A stretch of 64,000 nt of DNA from positions 167,037,988-167,101,987 of the forward strand of contig NC_052154.1 in NCBI RefSeq assembly GCF_902713615.1, read 5' to 3'. The DNA is from Scyliorhinus canicula. Its lineage: Eukaryota. A program made the translations under genes and the position numbers. This document shows positions 13,801-25,030 of this stretch, one piece after another; the first letter of the stretch is position 1; each line of letters starts with the position of its first letter. The notes under the pieces are model-generated. The model was not told the DNA's origin and made no database searches. It worked only from the letters and a program-made list of their open reading frames with translations.

Positions 13801-16800
13801 GGGTGAATGGGTATGGGGATGTGAAGGGGTGAATGGGTATGGGAGTGTAAAGGGGCGAATGGGTATGGGGATGTGAAGGTGTGAACGGGTATGTGGGTGT
13901 GAAGGTGTGAATGGGTATGGGGGTGTAAAGGGGGGAATGGTTTTGAGAGTGTAAAGGGGTGAATGGGTATGAGGATGTGAAGGGGTAAATGGGTATGGGG
14001 GTGAAGGGGTGAATGGGTATGGGGATGTGAAGGGTTGAATGGGTATGGGAGTGTGAACGGGTGAATGGGTATGGGACTGTGAAGGGGTGAATGGGTATGG
14101 GGGTGTGAAGGGGTGAACGGGTATGGGGTTGTGAAGGGGTGAATGGGTATGGGGATATGAAGGGGTGAATGGGTATGGTGGTGTAAAGGGGTGAATGGGT
14201 ATGGGAATGTGAAGGGTTGAATGGGTATGGGGGTGTAAAGGGGTGAATGGGTATGGGTGTGCGAAGGGGTGAATGGGTAAGGGGATGTGAAGGGGTGAAT
14301 TGGTATGGGAGTGTGGTGTGAATGGGTATGGGGATGTGAAGGTGTGAATGGGTATGAGGGTGTGAAGGGGTGAATGGGTATGGGACTGTGAAGGGGTGAA
14401 TTGGTATGGGTGTGTGAAGGGGTGAATGGGTATGGGGGTGTAAAGGGGTGACTGGGTATGGGGATGTGAAGGTGTGAATGGGTGTGGGGGTGTAAAGGGG
14501 TGACTGGGTATGGGGATGTGATGCTGTGAATGGGTATGGGGATGTGAAGGGGTGTATGGGTATGGGACTGTGAAGGGGTGAATTGGTATGGGTGTGTGAA
14601 GGGGTGAATGGGTATGGGGGTGTGAAGGGGTGAATGGGTATGGGGATGTGAAGGTGTGAATGTGTATGAGAGTGTGAAGGTGTGAATTGGTATGGGGATG
14701 TGAAAGTGTGAATGGGTATGGGTGTGTGAAGGTGTGAATGGGTATGGGGATGTGATGGTGTGAATGGAATGGGGGTGTAAAGGGGTGAATGGGTATGGGG
14801 ATGTGAACGGGGTGAATGGGTATGGGGATGTGAAGGGGTGAATGGGTATGGGGGTGTGAAGGTGTGAATGGGTATGGGGATTTGAAGGGGTGAATGGGTA
14901 TGGGTGTGTGAAGGGGTGAATGGGTATGGGGATGTGAAGGGGTGAATGGGTATGGGCGTGTGAAGGGGTGAATGGGTATGGATGTGTGAAGGTGTGAATG
15001 GGTATGAGAGTGTGAAGGTGTGAATGGGTATGGGGATGTGAAGGGGTGAATGGGTATGGGGGTGTGAAGGGGTGAATGGGTATGGGTGTGTGAAGGTGTG
15101 AATGGGTATGGGGATAGAACATAGAACATAGAACAGTACAGCACAGAACAGGCCCTTCGGCCCTCGATGTTGTGCCGAGCAATGATCACCCTACTTAAAC
15201 CCACATACCCGTAACCCAACAATCCCCCCCTTTAACCTTACACTACGGGCAATTTAGCATGGCCAATCCACCTAACCGGCACATCTTTGGACTGTGGGAG
15301 GAAACCGGAGCACCCGGAGGAAACCCACGCACACACGGGGAGGACGCGCAGACTCCACACAGACAGTGACCCAGCCGGGAATCGAACCTGGGACCCTGGA
15401 GCTGTGAAGCATCGATTCTAACCGCCATGCTACCGTGAGGCCCCCTAAGGGGGGGATGTGAAGGGGTGAATGGGTATGGGGATGTGAAGGGGTGAACGGG
15501 TATGGGGCTGCGAAGGGGTGAATGGGTATGGGGATGTGAAGGGGTGGATGGGTATGGTGGTGTAAAGGGGTGAATGGGTATGGGGATGTGAAGGGGTGAA
15601 TGGGTATGGGAATGTGAAGGGGTGAATGGGTATGGGGTGTAAAGGGATGAATGGGTATGGGGGTGCGAAGGGGTGAATGGGGATGGGGATGTGAAGGGGT
15701 GAATTGGTATGGGACTGTGAAGGGGTGAATGGGTATGTGGATGTGAAGATGTGAATGGGTATGGGAGTGTGGTGTGAATGGGTATGGGGATGTGAAGCGG
15801 TGAATGGGTATGGGACTGTGAAGGGGTGAATGGGTAGGGAGGTGTGGTGTGAATGGGTATGGGGACTGTGAAGGGGTGAATTGGTATGGGTGTGTGAAGG
15901 GGTGAATGGGTATGGGGGTGTAAAGGGGTGACTGGGTATGGTGATGTGAAGGTGTGAATGGGTATGGGGATGTAAAGGGGTGACTGGGTATGGGGATGTG
16001 AAGGTGTGAATGGGTATGGGGATGTGAAGGGGTGTATGGGTATGGGACTGTGAAGGGGTGAATTGGAATGGGTGTGTGAAGGGGTGAATGGGTATGGGGG
16101 TGTGAAGGGGTGAATGGGTATGGGGATGTGAAGGGGTGAATGGGTATGGGGATGTGATGGTGAGAATGGAATGGGGATGTGAAGGGGTGAATGGGTATGG
16201 GGATGTGAAGGTGTGAATGGGTATGGGGTGTGAAGGGGTGAATGGGTATGGGGATGTGAAGGTGTGAATAGGTATGGGTGTGTGAAGGGGTGTGGGTATG
16301 GGGATGTGAAGGGGTGAATGGGTATGGGGATGTGAAGGGGTGTGGGTATGGGGATGTGAAGGGGTGAATGGGTATGGGGATGTGAAGGGGTGAATGGGTA
16401 TGGGGATGTGAAGGTGTGAATAGGTATGGGTGTGTGAAGGGGTGTGGGTATGGTGATGTGTAGGGGTGAATGGGTATGGGGATGTGATGGGGTGAATGGG
16501 TATGGGGATGTGAAGGGGTGAATGGGTATGGAAGAGGGAAGGGGTGAATAGGTATGGGACTGTGAAGGGGTGAATGGGTATGGGGATGTGAAGGGGTGAA
16601 TGGGTATGGGGATGTGAAGGGGTGAATGGGTATGGGGGTGTGAAGGGTGTGAATGGGTATGGAAGAGTGAAGGTGTGAATGGGTATGGGTGTGTGAAGTT
16701 GTGAATGGGTATGGGCGTGTGAAGGGGTGAATGGGTATGGGGATGTGAAGGGGTGAATGGGTATGGGGATGTGAAGGGGTGAATGGGTATGGGGATGTGA

Positions 16801-16983
16801 AGGGTGAATGGGTATGGGGGTGTGAAGGGGTGAATGGGTATGGAAGAGTGAAGGTGTGAATGGGTATGAGAGTGTGAAGGTGTGAATGGGTATGAGAGTG
16901 TGAAGGGGTGAATGGGTATGGGATGTGAAGGTGTGAATGGGTATGGGTGTGTGAAGGGGTGAATGGGTATGGGGGTGTGAAGG
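10900..16983. repeat. G/T-rich minisatellite, 25-26 bp unit (GTGAATGGGTATGGGGATGTGAAGGG and variants)
   Basis: Roughly 200 or more directly visible tandem copies; + strand nearly C-free; interrupted by a SINE at 15114-15443. Confidence 0.98.
15114..15443 (-). mobile_element. Young full-length HE1-like V-SINE with a CR1-type tail
   Basis: Minus strand: A-box region (GGTAGCATGGCGGTTAG), B box (GGTTCGATTCCC), central V-type domain (GGGTTTCCTCCGGGTGCTCCGGTTTCCTCCCACAGTCCAAAGATGTGC) and a (TTCTATG)n tail matching the CR1 3' end at ~50495-50552. Confidence 0.95.
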
Positions 16984-17714
16984 AGCTACAGTTCTCATTT
17001 CTCTCTCTCCTGATGACCTCTCTGGGGTCCTGAAGGAAAGGCCTTTCTCTCTCTCGCTCTCTCTCCACAGCCAATTAAACCTGCAGGAAGATCCAGACCT
17101 GTACCAGGCAGGTTGAGTTAAATTGAAAACCTCCTTTTGGAATATGATCATTGGAGAACTCTAATCTTCCATCAGTGAGGCTGATAACTGTAAGTTCTGA
17201 CTGAATGCACAAAGCAGAAGCATAGATTATCATATACTTTACAGTGCAGAAGGAGGCCATTCGGCCCATCAAGTCTGCACTAGAAAATCCAATCCAACTG
17301 GTGGTTTTGAACACTCCATGTCCTGAGAAGGTAGGTGACTACAAAGACTTCAACATCAGCAATAAGAATACATCTCTCTTACTCCCATATTTGAATCCCC
17401 TATCATTTTAACTCTATCCCTTCCTCTGTGTGCATCTGTCTTGTGTGTATCTGGGTGAAGGGTGGGGTGGTCAAAGTGGAAAGTAATAGATTAGCAGGCC
17501 GTTATTCTAGTTCTATTGCATGTTTTAACTCTTTTATTTTTATAAATAAACAATTATTGTGTTTTTACTTACTAATCTGCCTGTAAGTCATTAGAGCAAT
17601 CTCGGGCCAAAAATCTTGAAAACCTTATAAGAGGTATTAGTTTATTCATTTATCTTGTGATGCTGGGTCAAGGGGGCTGGAATTGACTGCCCCCAAGCCC
17701 AGGAGGTTGTAACA
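16984..17714 (+). mobile_element. 5'-truncated LTR-like segment splitting the minisatellite
   Basis: Non-repetitive block with AATAAA (~17544) ending in ...GTTGTAACA; the satellite resumes immediately at 17715. Confidence 0.55.
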
Positions 17715-18410
17715 GTATGAATGGGCCAAGGGTGTGAATGGGCAGGGCAGTGTAAGGGTGTGAACGGGCATTGGGGAGTGAGTAGGCAGAAGGCATGAGG
17801 ATATAAATAGGCATGAGGGGTGTGAGTGTGTGAATGGGGATGGGGTGTGCAGGTGTGAATGGGGATGGGGTGTGCAGAGGTGAATGGACATAGCACTGGG
17901 TGCGCAGGTGTGAATGGAAATGGAGTATGTGTAGGTGTGAATGGACATGGGTGTGTACAAGTATGAATGGACATGGGGTGTGTGCAGGTGTGAATGGACG
18001 TGGGGTGTGTGCAGGTGTGAATGGACGTGGGGTGAGTGCAGGTGTGAATGGACATGGAGTGTGTGCAGGTGTGAATGGACATGGGGTGTGTGCAGGTGTG
18101 AATGGACATTGGTGTGTACAAGTATGAATGGACATGGGGTGTGTGCAGGTGTGAATGGACATGGGGGTGCAGGTGTGAATGGACATGGAGTGTGTGCAGA
18201 TGTGAATGGACATGGAGTATGGAGTATGTGCAAGTGTGAATGGGTATGAGGTGTGAAGGTGTGAATGGGGTGTGTACAGGTGTGAATGGACATGGAGTGT
18301 GAAGATGTGAATGGGTATGGGGTGTGTGCATGTGTGAATGGGTATGGGGTATAAAGGTGTGAATGGACATGGAGTGTGTGCAGGTATGAATGGACATGGG
18401 GGCTGTGCAG
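17715..18410. repeat. Distal block of the same minisatellite, 27-bp variant (GTGTGAATGGACATGGGGTGTGTGCAG)
   Basis: Tandem copies share the GTGAATGG core; 9-residue periodicity in the translations (GVNGHGVCA / HTCTHPMSI). Confidence 0.95.
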
Positions 18411-20629
18411 AGATATGTGGAGTCAATGCAGGAGTCCTGGGGGGCATACTCAGAAAAGTGGGAGCAGGTAGAATGGGAAGGTGAGGATCCAGCAATGGCA
18501 GGGGAGAGGACACTGAGAGTTGTTAGAGGGGATTTGAAAAGTGATGTAGATTCTGGGAGTTGACAGGATGAGAGGGGATCTTGTCTATATAACAAGGCTG
18601 GCTCTTAGGGACAGTGGGAAATTCTGTCATTTAACTTCATGGAATGGAGGGTGATGAGGGAGGATTGAAGGTTCATGGTGGGGAGGTTAATTGTCACACT
18701 TGAATCACTGGCTGTTTAAAGAGAGGGTGTGGTTGACGGGCAGAACAGAAAAGGATTGGACACGACATTAAATGTACTTGTACCGCGGCAGCTCACAACT
18801 ACTTAGAGCCTCGTGGTTGAGGTCTTGAGTTGCTGCATGGGAGTTGGATCATTGTTGGGGGTGGGCGCAGATGCAGGTCATCTCAACTGGCAACAGAAGG
18901 GGAACCCCAGCATGTAGTAACTACAATGCTAGGGCCTTGAGACAGATGAGCGTGTGAAGGGCAAATGCTTAGTGTGCACATGGAGATTGTTGCACATGGC
19001 TCTCAATGTTGTGTGTTAATGTTTGTTCTTAGTTGTAAAAGTCCAATCATACAATGTATTGATGAAATTATTGGCAATTTATGTAGGAAAAAGGGCAGTC
19101 TATCCTAACAACCTATACAGTAAACACCTTTCCAACAAAGCTGTTGTTTGTTTGTATCTTTGTGGTTGGAAAGTACATACTTTAAAAATACCACAAAGAA
19201 AACTGGCGACGAGGAGGTCGGAACCACGCTGGCAGATATCCGGAGAAGAAAAAAAAATCTGGGAAAATCGGCGATTCATGCGCAGACATCCGAAAAGGAG
19301 TAAGAAGCTAAAAACTTTGTTTCACCAACTCGGGTGGTGGAATAGTGCCAAATATCAGTAGCAGCCATCGAAGGAACTGAAATTTCAACATAGATTTCAG
19401 AGGAAACAACATCAAAAAGAATCTCGCCACACGCTCTGTCCGGAAAGATCTGGAACAGTACACAGAGCACTGTGAGTAACAAGTAGCTTGCAACAATAGA
19501 TTAGTACTGCGGATGTTCTAAACCTCGGAAGGAAACAGTCTGACCTCAGGGGGTACCTTGTTTGAAAAAAAGAGGCGAGGTTGTGCTGATGGCTTTTTAC
19601 TCACTTCCCATAGTAAAAATATCAGGAATATTTAGCGCCTTGGGACTGCATAATGAGAACACGAACAGTGGAGTTCATAGACTGAAAGATTTGATTAATT
19701 GGTACAAGCGACTAAAATTAGATATTGTAGGCCCAACTTTCCTGAGAAAGGGAGGGAAACAATTCAACCTCATGTAAAGTCTGGTGCAGCCAGAAAAACC
19801 CGGCTCGCAAACCTATGACGAAGTTGTGGAGATATTGCAGGACCCACTTCTCACCTAAATCGATGGTCATCACCGAGAGGCTCAGATTGCATAAAAGTAA
19901 CCAACAAGAAGGTGAATCGATCCCACTGCTCGTAGTTACTTTGACGAAATCAGCTGAATACTCTAAATTTGGAGATGGCACCATTACAGACAGACAAATG
20001 AATTAAAAAGCAAAGCTATCCAAAAAAGGTGGTTAACAGAAAGCAATCTCAGCCTCAAGAAGACTTTAGAAGTTGGAGCTCTGTGGAATTAACAAGTAAG
20101 GAAGCAGCAATTAATTTGGAGCACTCGAATCCATGAATTGTGAGCTGGGACCCAAACATAGACATCGGTTTCAATGGCAACGGATGTGCAGAAACTGGGT
20201 ACACAGCAGCAGACTGCTGGCTCAAAGATGCAAAATGCAGGAATTGTGGTAAAATGGGGCTATTCAAATGTACGTGTTGGGGGAAAAAACAAGTTCCAAA
20301 TAAGAACTATTAAAAGCAATAACCAAATGTATCAAGCGGAAAACCGAATAGAGGGAAGATAATCTATATGATACAAATGAGCTTGAAAAAGGACCAGAGG
20401 CATGGTCAGGTTGAACATACTGGCCACTAGGTGATTCCTTTACTTGGTGGATAACCAATGAAAATGGAGGTGGACACTGGAGCATCAGTTTCGTTGGTAC
20501 CAGAAACTGTTTACAAAAAAAACTATGTCACCTTAAAACCCTCAAAGTTAATATTAAAAACCTATGCAGGGGAAGTGGTTTAATTGAGGAGCGATATTGA
20601 TATGCAGATAAATGGACAGACCACAGACT

Positions 20630-20915
20630 TAGAAACACAGAAAATAGGACCAGGAGGACGCCATTTGGCCCTTCAAGCCTTCTCCACCATTCATTACGAT
20701 CATGGGTGATCATTCAGCTCAATAGCCTGCTCCGACCTTCCCCCCTATCCTTTGATCCCCTTCGTCCTAAATGCTATATCTAGCTGCTTCTTGAAAACAT
20801 TTTGGCCTCAACTACTTCCTGTGGCAGTGAATTCCTCAGGCTCAGCACGCTCTGTATGAAGATATTTCTTGTCATCTCAGTCCTAAATTGGTCTACCACG
20901 TATCCTTCGCCCGTC
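20630..20915 (-). mobile_element. CR1 LINE 3' fragment nested in Gypsy pol
   Basis: Same 3' UTR type as 27130-27420 and 57318-57450 (GCCATT...GATCATGG...CCCTTGATCCC). Confidence 0.8.
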
Positions 20916-20921
20916 ACATCA

Positions 20922-21210
20922 TTAATAATAATCTTTATTGTCACAAGTATGCTTACATTGCAATGAAGTTACTGTGAAAAGCCCCTATTCATCACATTCC
21001 AGCTCCTGCTCACGTACACAGAGGGAGAATTCAGAATGTCCAAATTACCTAACAGCACGTCTTTCTGGACTAGTGAGAGGAAAACTCGGAGCAAACCCAC
21101 GCAGACATGGGGAGAACGTGCAGATTCTGCACAGTGACCCAGCCGGGAATCAAACCTGGGACCCTGGCGCTGTGAAGCCACAGTGCTAACCACTATACTA
21201 CCGCGCTGCC
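20922..21210 (-). mobile_element. V-SINE with GTGACAATAAAGATTATTATT tail
   Basis: tRNA-like head (GGGCAGCGCGGTAGTATAGTGGTTAG...GGTTTGATTCCC); tail like 34430-34523. Confidence 0.9.
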
Positions 21211-21814
21211 CATGGATGATTGGAAGAACCTGGCTGGAGAGAATCAAGCTAAACTGGGCTGAGATTAATCTCATGTCAGAGTACGAAACAGGTGTACCAA
21301 AGATTTTTTTTAAAATGCTATTGTCTTTAATGGAGAGGTGGGAAGCGTGAAAGAGATCTCAGTCAAACTGAAGACTAAGGACAAAAGCCAAGGAAGGTGC
21401 TTAAAGGCTAGGTCAATGTCATTCACCATCAGGCCTAAGGTTGACCCAGAATTAGAGAGGCTGGTCAAGGCAGGGGTCCTCAAACCCATTAATGTAAGTG
21501 ATTGAGCTGGGCCTATGGTAGCTTTAATGAAGAAAGATCGTTTGGCACACATACTTGGCGATTTTAAAGTCACTATCAATGCTGTACTGTGTGCACAGCA
21601 GTACCCTCTGCCTTTAATTATTAATTTGCTGGGTTGACTGGAGGCTGGCATTTCAGTCAAGCTGGCCTTAGTCAAGCTTATCTGCAGGTAAATGTATATC
21701 CGGATTCACAACAATATTTGATCATCGTGATACACAAAGGGCTATTCAGATATAAAAGACGGCCATTTGGCATCACTTCTGCATTTGCATTGTTCCAACA
21801 TGTCACGCATTACA

Positions 21815-22945
21815 GAAGGATAATTGTGAATTCTTCAAATCTTCTATTAAATACAATTAAAGAGAAGGTATTTGAATAATTGACTGCACTCAAGAGAAGT
21901 CACTTGATCTGAATGGTATCTGCTAAGGCTGCTGAGGGAAGTTTCGATGGGAATTGTGAAAGGTCTGACCACAATCTTCCAGTCACCCTTAGATACTGGA
22001 AAGGTGCCAGGGGACTGAAGGGTTGCAAATGTTACACCCCTGTTTAAAATGTGGTGAGGAATAAAAGTCACAATTACAGGCCAATTAACTAGTCAGTGAT
22101 GAGGAAACTTTACAATACAGTAATCCAGAACAAAATTAATTGGCACCTAGAAAATTCTGTTTAAAAAATGAAAGCCTACACAGATTTGGTAAACGCAAAT
22201 CATATTTAAATAACTTGATTGAGTTTTCAATGAAGTAACAGAGATTGTGGATGAGGGTAGTGCAGTTGATGTGGTGTACATGGGCCTTCAAAAGGTGTTT
22301 GATAAAGAATGATATGATAGGTCTGTCAGTAAAATTGAAGGCCATTGGATTAGTGGAGCAATGATTGCATGGATACAAAATTGGCGAAGGGACAGGAAAG
22401 TTGTTCACCTGTATTTCAGACCAAAGAGAAATGTGCAGAGATGGCTCCAGTGGTCGATGTTGAGGCCACTGCTCCATCTGATAGATATTAATCACATGGG
22501 CTAGAGCAGTGCATCTCAAACTATCTGATGTGGTGTACCGGCAGTTTTTTTTTTCAATGTGCCAGGGACCGGTGAGCGAAACAAGCCAATCAAGGATTAC
22601 TGTCTCTTTCTTTTCTGGAAACACTCCAAGTACCGACAGACAATGGCTCGGTACGTGTACCACACTTTGAGAAGCACTGGGCTAGAGTATAAGGATGATG
22701 ACTTCAAAGTTTACAAATGGCATAAGTCTGAAATGTAGTAAACAGTGAGATGGATAGAGGCAGAATACAGGAGGACATAAACTGGTAAAATGGACAGAAA
22801 CATAGCAGATGAAATTTAACCCAGCTAAGTGTAAAGTGATACTTTTTGGGAGACAGACTTAGGAGAGGCATTATAAACTAAACAGTACCATCTTAAACGA
22901 GGTGCAAGAACAGAAAGTCCCAGGCGTGATTGTATACAAGTCTTT
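21815..22945 (+). mobile_element. Old CR1 RT-region fragment
   Basis: Degenerate RVANVTPLFK, DEGSAVDVVYMGLQKVFDK and QMKFNPAKCKVILF motifs homologous to the 50.5-53.7 kb CR1. Confidence 0.8.
22507..22679. mobile_element. hAT-Charlie/Buster-type MITE (173 bp)
   Basis: TIRs CAGTGCATCTCAAACT / CAGTGCTTCTCAAAGT; perfect 8-bp TSD GGCTAGAG (22499-22506, 22680-22687) with a central TA. Confidence 0.93.
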
Positions 22946-23204
22946 TCAATGCGGGGGATGGGACAGTGATTCCGAAACTGTGGGCCGTGACCCCAGTTAG
23001 GGTCACAGAAACAGCGAATGAGTTCATGACCAGCAAGCGAAAAGGAAACACAGCAGTAGAAGGTGTCAGCCAGGGAACTGTCCCCAGCAACAGTTCCAGG
23101 CCACAATTGGGAAGCTAGCCGAAGGCTGGAAACTGGGGTGGGCCAGGATGAAGATTTTCTTGAGGGACAGAGGAGAGCCCACACAAAGTGCTAAAAGTTA
23201 GCAG

Positions 23205-23445
23205 TGCTGTGCGGAGTCTGCACGTTCTCCCGGTGTCTGCGTGGGTTTCCCCCGAGTGCTCCAGTTTCATCCCACAGTACAAAGACATGCAGGTTAGGTG
23301 TATTGGCCTTGCTAAATTGTCCCTAGTGTCCAAAAGTTTAGGAGGAGTTATTGGGTTACGGGGATAGGGTGGAAGTGAGGGCTTAAAGTGGGTTGGTGCA
23401 GACCCGATGGGCCGAATGACCTCCTTCTGCACTGTATGTTCTATG
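23205..23445 (+). mobile_element. 5'-truncated V-SINE, CR1-type tail
   Basis: V-domain plus the ...GGCCGAATGACCTCCTTCTGCACTGTATGTTCTATG tail. Confidence 0.9.
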
Positions 23446-23825
23446 AAACTGTTCTATAAGAGCCACTTCCCTTGGAGAGCCAGCATTCCTTCCGTTTGGT
23501 CCTTCTCCTCACTTACATTTAAATTGAAGTTGCTACACCGATTATGTCATCCGGCTATGACTTTGTTAAACTAAGTAGGCCTGTGCTAGCGTTTTGGGTG
23601 CACTGATCTCTGCAATTTAAAATTTACAAGGGGGCATCAATGGGGTTAGTTTGCCAAATCCTCATCTTCTATCCATCTTAACATTATCCAGGCTGTGGGT
23701 TGAAACTTAGTTCCCAATGTCCATTGCTTTCATGAACTACCAGAGTGATGGCCACATATGTGGAAGTATGTGTCAGCAAGAATCAATACTTCAGATGGGT
23801 AAGAATGGGAAGAAACACAACCAAG

Positions 23826-24476
23826 GGGCGGCATTCTCCCCTACCCGGCGTGACGGAGGGTCCCGGAGTAGGGGAGCGGCGCCAAGCACTCAGGGGTCGC
23901 GCCTCCCCAAAGGTGGGGAATTCTCCCCACCTTTGGGGGCCAGCCCCGCGCCAGAGCGGCTGCGACCAGAAGATCGGCGCAAAAAAACCGGCGCCCCCGG
24001 CAGCAGAGCTGGCCGAAAGTCTTTCGCCAGTCCGCGCATGCGCCAGCAGTGACGTCAGCGGCATGGGGTTCTCTTCCGCCTCCGCCTTGGCCTCCATGCA
24101 GAAGAACATAGTGCAGCCAGGGCACTGGCCCACAGTCTGAGCGGGGGGGGTCCCGATCGCGGGCCAGGCCACCGTGGGGGCACCCCCCAGGGTTCGATCG
24201 CCCCCCGCCCCCCCCAGGACCCCCGGAGGCCTGCTTGCGCCGCTGAGCCCGCCGTTCCAGAGGTGGTTTAAACCTCGGCGGCGGAGAGGCCTCCCAGCGG
24301 CGGGACTTCGGCCCATCCGGGCCGGAGAATCACCGCAGGGGCCTCTCCGATCGGAGTGGCGAGATTCCTGCCCCGCCACTTCCCGGGTGGCGGAGGACCT
24401 CTGCCACGGCGGGGGCGGGATTTTAGGTGCCCCCAGGCGATTCTTCGACCCTGCTGGGGGTCGGAGAATTTCGCCC
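23826..24476. mobile_element. GC-rich non-autonomous Harbinger element (MITE)
   Basis: TIRs GGGCGGCATTCTCC / GGAGAATTTCGCCC, internal sub-terminal inverted motifs, CpG-rich; TSD not preserved. Confidence 0.85.
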
Positions 24477-24826
24477 TATATCTCCCATTGAATTAAAGGT
24501 TAGAGTTCAATTGTTTTTGTTGGCGTCGGGGGATCATATTAATTTGCCAGTGTTAAAATTGGGTCATGTTTTAGCCTCCCCCTAATGCACATGGAGCACA
24601 AGCTTCCAAGCTGAGGGGCGGGGCCAATCAAACATGGACAATAAGGCCAGCCCAGAAAGGAGCCTGGGCAGAGACGTCCCGGATTGTGACCTGCATTGTG
24701 ACTGTAAGTGTTTGCTTTAACAACAAATTGTTTTGTTATACTCTCGTGCCTGACTCCTCTGTGACCATAAAACTGGCGACGAGGGTAAAGTGGAGCTACA
24801 GTCGGTGCTGTTAGTCGTTTGGAGAA

Positions 24827-25030
24827 TGGCACAGTGGCTCATGGCACTGAGGGCCCGGGTTAGATCCCAGCCCCCGTTCACTGCCCGTGTGGAGTTTGCG
24901 CATTCCCCCCCCCCATGTCTGCATGTGTCTCACCCCCACAACCCGACGGTGTGCAGGTAGGAAGATTGGCCACGCTAAATTGCCCCTCAATTGGAAACAA
25001 AAAGAATTAGGCACTCTAAATTAAATTAAA
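24827..25030 (+). mobile_element. Short-tail V-SINE inserted just downstream of the PBS
   Basis: Homologous to 59434-59659 (...GCTAAATTGCCCCTCAATTGG...CTCTAAATT). Confidence 0.85.

Larger units (their letters stand above)
19007..21810 (+). mobile_element. Decayed Gypsy element (LTR 19007-19202, PBS 19204, gag-pro-RT), 3'-truncated
   Basis: gag SPKSMVITERLRLHKSNQQEGESI; knuckle remnant CRNCGKMG; protease MEVDTGASVSLVP (~20464); RT ILGDFKVTINAVLCAQQYPLP and LSQAYLQ...KGLFRYKRRPFGITSAFALFQ. Confidence 0.9.
22964..24566 (+). mobile_element. Probable decayed hAT (Charlie/Buster) deletion derivative hosting a SINE and a Harbinger MITE, cut by a Gypsy LTR
   Basis: Charlie-like 5' end CAGTGATTCCGAAACTGTGGGCCGTGACCCC; across the MITE the flanks read ...KKHNQ|YISH*, similar to Buster-type transposase C-termini; right TIR not found. 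Confidence 0.4.

Noticed and set aside
10699-17151. 1507-, 629-, 600- and 568-aa His/Pro/Thr-rich ORFs as real genes
   Set aside because: The minus strand of the satellite has almost no G, so TAG/TGA cannot form and TAA is rare, and all three frames stay open. The 26-bp unit and indels rotate the same three peptides; starts lie in a SINE or LTR.
10900-18410. CRISPR array or interstitial telomere
   Set aside because: No unique spacers, eukaryotic context and no TTAGGG runs.
17642-18595. Cys/His 9-residue repeat ORFs as metal-binding proteins
   Set aside because: Open on both strands in several frames; explained by the 27-bp satellite unit.
23717-24491. CpG-island promoter or coding ORFs
   Set aside because: Bounded by Harbinger TIRs; the ORFs reflect GC richness (same for 42872-43351).
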